Made by a program: the position numbers and the translations under genes
Shown here: positions 37,798 to 46,895 of the stretch, piece after piece
Numbering within the stretch: the first letter of the stretch is position 1
How the letters are laid out: the number at the start of each line of letters is the position of its first letter
Origin: Candidatus Parvarchaeota archaeon
Lineage (GTDB): Archaea > Nanobdellota > Nanobdellia > WJKC01
Direction of reading: 5' to 3'
DNA: 64,000 bases
NCBI GenBank assembly: GCA_030615175.1
Contig: JAUWZX010000001.1
Span: forward strand, 199,840 to 263,839
Notes under the pieces: generated by a model
Told to the model about the DNA's origin: nothing
Databases searched by the model: none
The model's input: only the letters and a program-made list of their open reading frames with translations

Positions 37798-39000
37798 ATG
37801 GACTATCATGGTGATTTAAGCATTTTCTTAAAGGAACGGTTAAAGCAGTTTAAGAAAATGGCTGACATTAATGCAGTCTTCTTAATATTTGGTTTTGGAT
37901 GGGCCTTTGTTGCACCAATCTTTAATATAAGGATTAATGAAGTAACCGGCTCATTATTCCTGTCAGGAATAATAATTGGCATGTGGGGTTTAGTGCGCTT
38001 ATTCACTGATATACCTGTGGGAATGCTTAATGATAAGTTTTCTTCAAAGCGTTTAATTCAAATATCTTTCTTAGGGTATATAGTAATAACTCTTCTTTAC
38101 GTTTACGTTGGCTCATTTGCTGAAATTTTCTTGTTAAGGTTTTTTCACAGTATTATTGGCAGTTTCTTATGGATTAGTTCATGGACTTACACTAGGAGGA
38201 TTAGTGTGGGGGCTCATGCCAGTGAAAGGGTAAGCCTCTGGTATAGTATTAGGAGTCTGCCAAACATAATTGGACCTTTAATTGGCGGATTAGTAATAAC
38301 CTTGATTAACTGGGAGTTCTCATTTTACCTGCTTTCATTATTCATGCTCTTCTGCTTCTTATACACTAGTTTTAAACTTGATAAACTTAAAGTAAAGCAT
38401 AATGTTAAGCGTGATATTAAAACAGAATTAAGACACTTCTTTAAGAACAGGGGGCTTGCATTAAGGATTTCATCGCTTACAATCATTTATGTTATAATAG
38501 CAGGCATTTATGGCAATTACTTGCCGTTATTCATGCAGGATAGAGGATTTAATATTGAGCAGATAAGCATTGTAATTGGTCTTGCAGCTTCAATTCCTTG
38601 GTTCATATTCAGCGTTCCAGTAGGAATAATTGGTGATAAGTATGGCAAGCGCTGGCCAATCTTTTTTGGATTAATAATGTCAGGCATTACTCTTTCATTA
38701 ATATTTAGTGTTAATTCATTGTTTGATATTTTATTAGCAACGTTCATAATTCAAACTGGTCTCGTATTCGTCACGGTTGCCTTGAATTCAAAGGTTACTG
38801 ATTTATTTCCTAAAGGTGAGGAGGGGAGTATTACTGGAATATATGAAGTCATGAAGGATATTGGAGTAATTATTGGGCCAGTACTCGGCGGTTACTTAGC
38901 GCAGACGCTTGGATTCACTAATGCATTCATGATTGCTGGATTCATAAGCATCCTTTCAAGTTTTATATTAATTAAGAGAATAGTCACGGCGAAAACTTAA
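37798..39000 (+). CDS. MFS transporter
   Basis: About 12 TM segments, GMLNDKFS / GIIGDKYGKR, GPLIGG. Confidence 0.9.
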   Translation: MDYHGDLSIFLKERLKQFKKMADINAVFLIFGFGWAFVAPIFNIRINEVTGSLFLSGIIIGMWGLVRLFTDIPVGMLNDKFSSKRLIQISFLGYIVITLLYVYVGSFAEIFLLRFFHSIIGSFLWISSWTYTRRISVGAHASERVSLWYSIRSLPNIIGPLIGGLVITLINWEFSFYLLSLFMLFCFLYTSFKLDKLKVKHNVKRDIKTELRHFFKNRGLALRISSLTIIYVIIAGIYGNYLPLFMQDRGFNIEQISIVIGLAASIPWFIFSVPVGIIGDKYGKRWPIFFGLIMSGITLSLIFSVNSLFDILLATFIIQTGLVFVTVALNSKVTDLFPKGEEGSITGIYEVMKDIGVIIGPVLGGYLAQTLGFTNAFMIAGFISILSSFILIKRIVTAKT

Positions 39001-39028
39001 AAAAGAGGAAGTCATAATTAATCTTAAT

Positions 39029-39103
39029 GGGCCCGTAGCCTAGTCAGGATAGGGCGACAGCCTTCTAAGCTGTAGGTCGGGGGTTCGAATCCCCTCGGGC
39101 TCA
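39029..39103 (+). tRNA. tRNA-Arg (UCU)
   Basis: GGGCCCG/CGGGCTC acceptor stem, ACAGC-CT-TCT-AA-GCTGT anticodon arm, GGTTCGAATCC; CCA not encoded. Confidence 0.95.
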
Positions 39104-40306
39104 TAAAAATTTTTTTAATATACTCTGCTGATTGCTCAATAACTTGCTCTGCCTTAAATCAAAGCCAGTAAGCCTGTTAATGTAAGTCTTGGCATCATTT
39201 AAGTTAGCGAATGACTTCCTGTTCTGCAATGCATTACTCATTGCTTGGCGGACAACCCATACGCCGAGAGGCATGTAGTATTCACGTGTTACTTCACGGA
39301 TGGCGAGCACGCATGCCTGTGATTTATTCTTGACTAAGTAATCAGTAACTGGCAGGCGGGCAGAGTAGTAACCGCCACCGCAATTACTTGCATACTTTTT
39401 GCGGTTCATGAAGCCTTCACTGTCAGTAACAATGTTCATGCTATTGCTTGAGTAAACAGCTCCAGGATTCCATACTTCGAATAACTCAAAACTCCATGGA
39501 TTAGGCATTAATAAAACAGTAAAGTAATTACCAAGATAATGCCCTCTGAAAACTAAGTAATTATCAATTAACCCATAATTCCTAATGGATTTTAATTGCT
39601 CCTTGCTTAATGAGTCATCAGTGGCTGTGATAGCCCATCTGGTTGGAGTTAACTTGCGTCTGCGCCCAACACCAAGGGCGCCTGCTGATAATAATTTGCT
39701 AACACTGAAAACACTAATCTTTTTTGAGTATAAGTAATTCATGGCATCATTAGCCTTAAAGTCAGTGTCATAATATGCTTTCTTAACAGGACTCCTAATC
39801 CTTGGATTATCCTCAAGAACTAATTTTTTAACCTCGCCAGCAGGTCCCATTGGCAAGGCATGCTGCGTGAAATTAATTCTCATAACCGGCTTCTTCTTTA
39901 ATGAAACATCAATGCTTAAAGGCTTGCTTGACAGGGCAACACTAGTCACTAATTCCTTGAAACCTTCATTAATTCTTATTTGAGTTTTTCTTCTTGAATT
40001 AATAAGTGACTGGCGCTCAATCATTACGTCACTAATATTATAATTATGCGAAACCCAATAAGAAGGGTTGTCCTGGACTTCAGCATTCTCAGGAGTAATG
40101 GAGCTAAGAATTCCAGCGTAAACATTAGGGTATCCATGCCAGCCAATAAATACGCCAGGAGTTCTTGACTTGAAATCCTTGCTTAACTTATAATTAATTC
40201 TCTGCATGTGGGATGCGCGTTCAAGTACTGGGCAGCGAGGCAGGCCGCAGAACAACCTGCCCTTGCATTTAATGCATAATGAGTCACTGATTGGAGCACT
40301 AACCAT
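39101..40306 (-). CDS. nreA: Nre family DNA repair protein
   Basis: C..CKG...CG...CP, R.LTPTRWAITA.D, GGYYSARL, PLGVWVVR, C-terminal PIP-like QQSILKKF. Confidence 0.92.
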   Translation of the reverse strand: MVSAPISDSLCIKCKGRLFCGLPRCPVLERASHMQRINYKLSKDFKSRTPGVFIGWHGYPNVYAGILSSITPENAEVQDNPSYWVSHNYNISDVMIERQSLINSRRKTQIRINEGFKELVTSVALSSKPLSIDVSLKKKPVMRINFTQHALPMGPAGEVKKLVLEDNPRIRSPVKKAYYDTDFKANDAMNYLYSKKISVFSVSKLLSAGALGVGRRRKLTPTRWAITATDDSLSKEQLKSIRNYGLIDNYLVFRGHYLGNYFTVLLMPNPWSFELFEVWNPGAVYSSNSMNIVTDSEGFMNRKKYASNCGGGYYSARLPVTDYLVKNKSQACVLAIREVTREYYMPLGVWVVRQAMSNALQNRKSFANLNDAKTYINRLTGFDLRQSKLLSNQQSILKKFL

Positions 40307-40366
40307 TAATAATTCTTAATCTAATTCAATAAATTTAAATATGTTTATTGCCAAGTCAGTAATTAG

Positions 40367-41044
40367 ATGAGTATTACTCAGGTATTAAAATACCCGTTAC
40401 AGGATTTAAGAACGTTCTTAAAAGGATTGTTATTACAATTTCTTTATTTCCTAATAATTCCATTAATAATTATTTTCGGCTATCAAATAAGAGTGATTAA
40501 TCATGTGATTAATGGCAAGAGCAAGCTGCCTGAATTAAAAGAATTTAAAAAAACAATAATGCTGGGAGTTAAGTCATTATTAATTCACTTAATATACTTG
40601 ATTCCATGCTTTCTAGTGTACTCTGCTTCAATGCTGTCAATATATACTAGTTCATTAATATTTGAACCTGCGCAGCGCGGCGCTTATTTTAGCAATGCTT
40701 ATGACAATTACTATCAAAGCCCTAATTATTATGCTTCAATAATTCTTTATTATGGAGGTTTCTTCTTCATCCCTGCAGCGTTATGCCTTTTCGCGCATAA
40801 GTGGAAGTTCAGTGATGCATTAAAATTGAAGAAAGCATTACGCATCATAATTAATGGATTTGCTCGCTACGTAATCGCTTTTACATTAATACTATTAGCA
40901 ACCCAAGCAGTTAATAATGCTTTAAGAACTGTTAATTTAAGCATTATACTGCCAGTATTCCATTTTTACATTATTGTAATATCTGCTTTTGTTTATGGAA
41001 ATATTTATAAAAGGGTTAATAAGTCCAAATTAATTAGTGATTAA
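40367..41044 (+). CDS. DUF4013 membrane protein
   Basis: KYP, IIP..IIFGY..RVI, LPE pattern. Confidence 0.8.
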   Translation: MSITQVLKYPLQDLRTFLKGLLLQFLYFLIIPLIIIFGYQIRVINHVINGKSKLPELKEFKKTIMLGVKSLLIHLIYLIPCFLVYSASMLSIYTSSLIFEPAQRGAYFSNAYDNYYQSPNYYASIILYYGGFFFIPAALCLFAHKWKFSDALKLKKALRIIINGFARYVIAFTLILLATQAVNNALRTVNLSIILPVFHFYIIVISAFVYGNIYKRVNKSKLISD

Positions 41045-41058
41045 ATTAGTGATTAATA

Positions 41059-41193
41059 ATGAAACAAGAGATACCTTGGGATTTAATGATAGAACCTGAA
41101 GAAGAAGAGCATGATGAAGAATTAAAATATAGTCCCTCGGAAGATGAAGATGATGAGGACACGAAGAGAGTAATTGATTCTTACATAGGGTGA
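41059..41193 (+). CDS. small acidic hypothetical protein (44 aa)
   Basis: MKQEIPWDLMIEPEEEEHDEELKYSPSEDEDDEDTKRVIDSYIG; stop abuts the next gene's TTG start. Confidence 0.5.
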   Translation: MKQEIPWDLMIEPEEEEHDEELKYSPSEDEDDEDTKRVIDSYIG

Positions 41194-41556
41194 TTGCTTT
41201 TGGATGAATTAAAAGGCAGGGGTTATACTGTTATTGGCAAGCCATGGGGTGGCTTCAAGCAGTTCATTTTAAATAATGAGTGTACTGTAAAGATTCTTGA
41301 AGTAATCCCTGGAGGAGTGTTAAGCCTTCAATCGCATGAAACAAGGGATGAATTATGGGTTGCGCTTGATAATGGCTTAATAGTTGAATTAAATAATAAG
41401 GTTTTTGAATTAAAAAAAGGCGATGAAGTATTCATATCAAAAGGAAGCAAGCACAGGTTAAGTTCTAAAGTGGGCGGGCGAATGCTTGAAATATCATTAG
41501 GACACTTTGATGAGGAAGATATTAAAAGATATGATGATGAGTATGGCAGGGCATAA
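41194..41556 (+). CDS. mannose-6-phosphate isomerase type II C-terminal cupin
   Basis: KPWG, LSLQSH..R.E.W, KHRL, E.DI.RY.D.YGR. Confidence 0.9.
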   Translation: MLLDELKGRGYTVIGKPWGGFKQFILNNECTVKILEVIPGGVLSLQSHETRDELWVALDNGLIVELNNKVFELKKGDEVFISKGSKHRLSSKVGGRMLEISLGHFDEEDIKRYDDEYGRA

Positions 41557-41603
41557 TTATTTAAATAGACTTTTTTTATTAAAATTCTAAGAAGGGGTCG
41601 TAG

Positions 41604-41651
41604 TCCCCAGAGGGCAAGCCCCCTTAGGCATAATCCCCAAAATATATAAAA
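41604..41651 (-). repeat. GC-rich hairpin element, copy 2 (CTTG loop)
   Basis: Minus strand TTTTATATATTTTGGGGATTATGCCTAAGGGGG-CTTG-CCCTCTGGGGA, same architecture as 6206-6256. Confidence 0.55.
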
Positions 41652-41676
41652 CATAAACAAAGTAAGTAAATAATGT

Positions 41677-41838
41677 GGGGTCGTAGTCTAGCCAGGTAGG
41701 ATGGCCGGCTCCAGACTATAAGCCATGGAGCGCTGAAGGCGTAAAGCTTGATGATTATGGCGAAACCGGCTGACCGGGGTTCGAATACGCGTAAGCGGAT
41801 TACAAGCCGTTTACGGGTTGAATGTCCTCGCGACCCCA
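41677..41838 (+). tRNA. tRNA-Trp (CCA) with two introns: 41715-41764 (37/38) and 41786-41824 (59/60)
   Basis: Acceptor GGGGTCG/CGACCCC-A, anticodon arm GCCGG-CTCCAG|A-CCGGC, T arm CGGGG-TTCGAA|T-CCTCG; the cloverleaf closes only when both inserts are removed. Confidence 0.92.
41715..41764 (+). ncRNA. tRNA-Trp intron with box C/D guide elements (predicted Cm34 guide)
   Basis: TGGAGC-G-CTGA guide and D-type box, short hairpin, TTGATGA C-type box; fifth base upstream of CTGA pairs with C34. Confidence 0.7.
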
Positions 41839-41920
41839 TTTGGACTTTTTTATCCACTTGTGTAAAATAAGTATTAAAGCATAAAAAGGTATTTAAGTAA
41901 TATAAGATGAAAATTCTTTA

Positions 41921-44146
41921 ATGAATAAAATATTATTAAGCGCTGCATTAACTTTAATGGTTTTAGGAATCGGTTTCGCAGCACCAATTGATTATAATAT
42001 ATCAATGAAGGTATTGCCAGGAACAGCTCACGAGAATAATAATGTAACGGTTTTCGGCTACATTGAATTATTGGACTGGGGCAATGCTAACTCAATCACT
42101 GACATGAACCTGAGATTAGTGAGGAAGGGAGATCTTGATAATGATTGGTCACGAGATAATTTTGATGATGAAGGGGTACGGGATTACCCAAGCAGTGAAA
42201 TAGAATACCATAATGACATTAATGACAGTGAATTATTGTTAGACGGATTCTTCTACAAGGATTTGGGAATGCTGAGGGACGGGGATTATGTTATCCAATT
42301 AAGAATTGATGATAAAATGGTTGATTATAAAAGATTTAATGTACTAGACTTCTTAACAGATGGGTCAAGCAATTTAGCAATGGATTTTATAGAAGTTGCT
42401 CAATCAAGTGATGAAATTAAATTACTGGTTGACTTGTATAATAATAATGATTCTAGTGCTCTTAACGTTAATTTAAGCATTTACGGCAGGAAGAACTTTG
42501 ACAACCCACAGCAAGTAACAGGGATTAACATTAGTCCAGGAGAAAAATATGAATTACCTGAAAGTAATGATACATATAGTATAGACCTTTTTGCTGATGA
42601 GAATCAGGTATTTGGTTTAGTATTATTCGCTTCAAACCTGTTGCAGAACGCGAGCCCAGCAATAGTTGTATTAAACACTGGGTTAAGCACTATAGCTTAT
42701 GATGGTGAATTAAGCATTACACTGGACAGCGTTAAGAAGAATGAGGAAACCGAGGCTGAGTTAAGCATTAGTAATAAGGGCTTGTTAACAGCCACTTATT
42801 CAATCCTTGTTTCAGGAAGTTTAAGCAGTTATGTTCAAATCTCAGATGATAGTTTGACTTTAATGCCAGGAGAGGAAGTGACAGTTACTTTAACACTGAA
42901 CATTCCTAAAGATTATGATGGAAATAATGATTTAAAGATTATATTAATGCATGATGAAATAGAGATTAGTTCAATAACTTTAAATCCTGAGTTAATAACT
43001 GCTGACAAGGAGCACTTAATTATAATTAAAAGCATTAATTACAAGGCAGACCAGTTCTTCCCAGACCAGAACATTGAAGGTTCAGTAACAATTGAGAATG
43101 CAGGTGATTACTTTGAAGAATTTGTTAGAATTGAAATTAGTTACGGAGGAGACATTATTAAGCAGCAAGTTTCAATGAATCAGGGGCAGTCAAAGGATGT
43201 TGGATTCACGCTTGAACCGCAGGGCACTGTTGAACTAAGCGTTAAAGTAATTACTGAAGATATTAGCACTGAAATGGAATCAACAATTCCTTTAGTTGAC
43301 AAGGTTTACTCATTCACTTTAGTGCTAAGCGAGCATGAATTAATCTCGGACAATCAGGATGTTGAAACAGTTAATTTAACTGTTGAGAACAAAGGGAATA
43401 ATGAGGATTACTACACGATAAGCACTAGTGGTCATGATTATTACACGATAGACCCGAAAGAAAACTTCTTATTAAGCCCTGGCGAGAATGAGACAATAAT
43501 AATAAATGTTAACATACCTCCTGACGAGGATGAAATAAACATGTCAATAACTGTTAATTCAAAGTTAGGCAATGAATCAAGCACTGAGTACTTGCTTATA
43601 CACGTATTCAAGACAATTGAAACAACTGAAGAAAAGGCAACGATTAATGTTGATGAAGAAAGCATTCAAGCAGTAATTGATGAAGGAGTTATTTATTCAA
43701 TAACAGTGACTAATAATAAATTAATAACTAAGACTTACGCGCTGGATGTTTCATCAGATATTAATGGTTCAATAACTGTTTACCCAAGTGATGGTGTTTC
43801 AGTGCAGCCAGGAGAAACTAATAATATATACATTTATGTTACACCTGAATCAATCGGCGACTTCACAATTAGTTACACTGTTATGGAAGATGATGTTGAC
43901 GTTGGCAGTGGTTCATTATCATTATCAGTTAGTGAACTCCAAGAGGAATTCGGACTTACAGGATATATTGTTGCTGCAGGAGGGGTTTTCGGCGTGGCTG
44001 GTTTAATTGTCCTGATATTATTCATTTATTTCTACTTCATTAGGCAGCCGCCTAAAAAGGAAGAGGACGCGTTTAAACCAGTGGAGGTTAAGAAGGCTGA
44101 ATTAGGAAAGCCGAAAACGAGAAATGAGGGCGAGAAGTACTGGTGA
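41921..44146 (+). CDS. acidic cell-surface protein with repeated Ig-like (CARDB/S-layer-type) domains
   Basis: Signal peptide, repeated V.N.G and L.PGE...V motifs, many N-x-S/T sequons, C-terminal TM (GLTG) plus charged tail. Confidence 0.75.
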   Translation: MNKILLSAALTLMVLGIGFAAPIDYNISMKVLPGTAHENNNVTVFGYIELLDWGNANSITDMNLRLVRKGDLDNDWSRDNFDDEGVRDYPSSEIEYHNDINDSELLLDGFFYKDLGMLRDGDYVIQLRIDDKMVDYKRFNVLDFLTDGSSNLAMDFIEVAQSSDEIKLLVDLYNNNDSSALNVNLSIYGRKNFDNPQQVTGINISPGEKYELPESNDTYSIDLFADENQVFGLVLFASNLLQNASPAIVVLNTGLSTIAYDGELSITLDSVKKNEETEAELSISNKGLLTATYSILVSGSLSSYVQISDDSLTLMPGEEVTVTLTLNIPKDYDGNNDLKIILMHDEIEISSITLNPELITADKEHLIIIKSINYKADQFFPDQNIEGSVTIENAGDYFEEFVRIEISYGGDIIKQQVSMNQGQSKDVGFTLEPQGTVELSVKVITEDISTEMESTIPLVDKVYSFTLVLSEHELISDNQDVETVNLTVENKGNNEDYYTISTSGHDYYTIDPKENFLLSPGENETIIINVNIPPDEDEINMSITVNSKLGNESSTEYLLIHVFKTIETTEEKATINVDEESIQAVIDEGVIYSITVTNNKLITKTYALDVSSDINGSITVYPSDGVSVQPGETNNIYIYVTPESIGDFTISYTVMEDDVDVGSGSLSLSVSELQEEFGLTGYIVAAGGVFGVAGLIVLILFIYFYFIRQPPKKEEDAFKPVEVKKAELGKPKTRNEGEKYW

Positions 44147-45860
44147 AGTTAAAGCACTAATTTTTTTATCATTATTCTTCTTAGTTAATAGTGTTGCCAT
44201 GGCAGTTAATGCATGCCAATGCAAAACAGTAGTAACTGAATTCTTATTCGTTAATGAACATGATGCAATACAGCGTTACACTATTAATAAAGGCGGGACT
44301 GCTGCTACGTGGTTAAGCACTGAACATACTTTTACGTTAGCACCTGGTGATGGAAAAATTATTGTAGCACTTGGCACTATTCCATGCAGTGCAGCGCCAG
44401 GGGATTATGACTTGGAGTTAAAAGCTGTTTCAGAGGACGGCGTATTAACACAGACCAAGGTTTTCTCAGTCAGTACGTGCCATTCATTCAATGTTGAAAT
44501 AGCGCAGGATGAATATGATGTATGCATTGACAGTGAATTAATAATTCCAATAATAATTACTAATACAGGAGAGTATGAGGAAGCAGTTAGTATTTCAAGC
44601 AGTGCAGGCAGCCTGGTTGATGGCACTGTAGTAATATTATCAAAGGATGAGAATGCAACAATTACTTTGGCATTCACGCCTGATGAATTAATAACTACAG
44701 GCATTACTGTTAAAGCAGTTAGTGATAATTATGAAGTTAGCAAGGCATTAACCATTAATGGCATTGAATGCAGTTTCTTTAATGCAGAGTTAAGCACTGA
44801 TTATGTTGGATTATGCGAGAATGAGGATAAAAGCATTGATTTAATATTAACTAATCTTAATGATTCTGACGTTAAGGCGTATTTATTAATTGATTCATTA
44901 TTCATTGATGCTCCAGGCGAGGTGGATTTAAGCGCTAATGAAACTAAGAGTGTTTCATTGCAGATTCATTCAACATGCGATGCGCAAGTACTCACTCCTG
45001 TCTTAAGGGTTTACGTTAACGGCTCTGAGCGCAAGAGTCTTTCATTAACACTTAATTTCAGGAGTTGCTATCAGCCAATAATTATTGCCTCTCAAAAAAC
45101 TGATAATGTGTGCGCGTGCGAGAACACTAGTTATGATTTCTCAATTTATAATCCAGGAATAAAGGAGATGACTTATGCTTTAAGCGCTGGCAGGGGAGTT
45201 ATTAGTGATGAGAATGGCAGTTCAATCAGTGAGATTCGTTTAAGCCCTGATGGCAGCGCTAAATTAAGCATTGATTCATTAATTGAATGCGATGAGAGTG
45301 GTAGTATTCCAATAACCATTAAAGCAGTTGGGATTAGTGTTTGCAATAAGTCAAGCGAGGATTATGTTAATTTGGATGTTAAGTCATGGAGTGAGTGCGA
45401 GGCAGTTAGTGTTGAATCCATTGATGCAGTCTTTTTTAATGAATCCGGGCAGATAGTTATTCAAGTAAGCATTAGTAATATTGGTCGCAGGCCGTCTAGT
45501 TATAATATTGAAGTTTCTGGCAGCGCTATGCCTTACCTTTTAGGAATTAACACTGGATTCGTAACGCTTAATCCTGGCGAGAGTGAAACTGTTGAGTTAA
45601 CGCTTAAGCCTTATAACTTTTCAGATGCAAGTATTATAATTACTGCATTAAGTCTTGATAATCTTGCAAAGGATACTAAGGTCATTAGTTTAATTAACAC
45701 TGAGTACGTTTTCAAGTTTGACTTTTATTACTTGTTAATCCCTGCATCTGTTGCTGTTTTAATGATAATTGTTTTCTTAAGAGTAGGCAGGAAGGAGAAA
45801 GCCAGGGATTCAACAACCAAAGGCAAACCAAAAATAAAGAAAGCAGAGATTAAGAAATAA
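44124..45860 (+). CDS. Cys-rich Ig-like repeat cell-surface protein
   Basis: Signal peptide, ACQC/CACE, N.G and L.PG repeats, C-terminal TM and Lys-rich tail. Confidence 0.75.
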   Translation: MRARSTGEVKALIFLSLFFLVNSVAMAVNACQCKTVVTEFLFVNEHDAIQRYTINKGGTAATWLSTEHTFTLAPGDGKIIVALGTIPCSAAPGDYDLELKAVSEDGVLTQTKVFSVSTCHSFNVEIAQDEYDVCIDSELIIPIIITNTGEYEEAVSISSSAGSLVDGTVVILSKDENATITLAFTPDELITTGITVKAVSDNYEVSKALTINGIECSFFNAELSTDYVGLCENEDKSIDLILTNLNDSDVKAYLLIDSLFIDAPGEVDLSANETKSVSLQIHSTCDAQVLTPVLRVYVNGSERKSLSLTLNFRSCYQPIIIASQKTDNVCACENTSYDFSIYNPGIKEMTYALSAGRGVISDENGSSISEIRLSPDGSAKLSIDSLIECDESGSIPITIKAVGISVCNKSSEDYVNLDVKSWSECEAVSVESIDAVFFNESGQIVIQVSISNIGRRPSSYNIEVSGSAMPYLLGINTGFVTLNPGESETVELTLKPYNFSDASIIITALSLDNLAKDTKVISLINTEYVFKFDFYYLLIPASVAVLMIIVFLRVGRKEKARDSTTKGKPKIKKAEIKK

Positions 45861-45898
45861 TAAAGTGTTTTTAAAGAGTGTTTTCTTAGTAATTTTTT

Positions 45899-46273
45899 AT
45901 GAGGACAATATTTAAGGCAGTTATTATCTTGCTTGTTGCAGCAATTGGGTTAATTACTGTTTGGTTTTCCTTAGATAAAACTACTAGGTGCAGTCTTGTT
46001 TATGGAAGAAATATTTGCAACTTTTATGCTATGATGGATTCAATCCCTGATTTTAATAAAATGATGGGCTTATGCAGTGATATGGGTGACGTGCCTAAAA
46101 AAGATAGTTGTTTTAAATTTATTGCAGAAACCTTTGCCCGCATTGATGTTAATAAGTCAGAGGAGGCATGCAACCAAGTTCAGGGATTCCGTGGAGTCCA
46201 CAGCATGGAAGAATGCCTTAACAGGGTGGAAAATTTCGAAATCTTCAGAACTGAAGAAGACTTACAATATTAA
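45899..46273 (+). CDS. membrane-anchored Cys-rich hypothetical protein
   Basis: N-terminal TM, three C-x(8-11)-C units. Confidence 0.65.
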   Translation: MRTIFKAVIILLVAAIGLITVWFSLDKTTRCSLVYGRNICNFYAMMDSIPDFNKMMGLCSDMGDVPKKDSCFKFIAETFARIDVNKSEEACNQVQGFRGVHSMEECLNRVENFEIFRTEEDLQY

Positions 46274-46318
46274 GTTAATAATAAAGTTTTTTAAGCCGTT
46301 ATATTTTATTCTAATATT

Positions 46319-46891
46319 ATGCCAAGAAAAAAGAAAGTTGAAGAGAAGCCTAAAAAAGTCAGGCAGAGAATTATTAATGCAGTTCTTGCTGGTGATAAAG
46401 CAATTATTAAGGAAGACTTTGAAGGAGCGCAGTCAATACATGATAAGGGTTACTTTGGAGAATTCATTGATGAGACGCTGGAATTATCACTTTACGAGAG
46501 CTTATTCCTGCTTGAAAAGGGCCGCGTAAAAGTTTTTGATGGCAGGAAAAAGGAAGTTACTTATAATGCTTTCATGAGGCGCGCCAAGAAGCATGACTAC
46601 AGGTTCTACACTCGATACTCAATATACAGGGATATACGGAAGAGAGGTTACATTACTAAGGCAGCGTTAAAGTATGGAGCTGATTTCTCAATTTACCCCA
46701 GAGGCAAGAATCCTAAGAATTCTCATTCAAGGTGGTTGTTATTTGCCGTCTCTGCTGACGAATTATTTGACTGGCGTAAGTTTGCTGCAATGAACAGGGT
46801 TGCTCACTCAGTGCGTAAGAAATTATTAATAGGAATTCTTGATGCCATGAGTGACGTTACTTACTATGAAATAAAATGGAAAAGGCCTTGA
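46319..46891 (+). CDS. endA: tRNA intron (splicing) endonuclease, catalytic alpha-type subunit
   Basis: LSLYESLFL, KYGADF (Tyr), SHS (His), VRKK (Lys), C-terminal VTYY...W.RP. Confidence 0.95.
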   Translation: MPRKKKVEEKPKKVRQRIINAVLAGDKAIIKEDFEGAQSIHDKGYFGEFIDETLELSLYESLFLLEKGRVKVFDGRKKEVTYNAFMRRAKKHDYRFYTRYSIYRDIRKRGYITKAALKYGADFSIYPRGKNPKNSHSRWLLFAVSADELFDWRKFAAMNRVAHSVRKKLLIGILDAMSDVTYYEIKWKRP

Positions 46892-46895
46892 ATAT

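Noticed and set aside
41594..41640. Split-tRNA 5' fragment
   Set aside because: Only 12 nt match the tRNA and no BHB-forming partner is visible in the window; kept only as a duplication finding
41624..41857. 77-aa minus-strand ORF in the track
   Set aside because: Lies antisense to the intron-containing tRNA-Trp; shadow ORF
46077..46529. 150-aa plus-strand ORF overlapping two genes
   Set aside because: Alternative frame across a hypothetical gene and endA, with no motif; like the other short nested or antisense track ORFs, treated as non-coding
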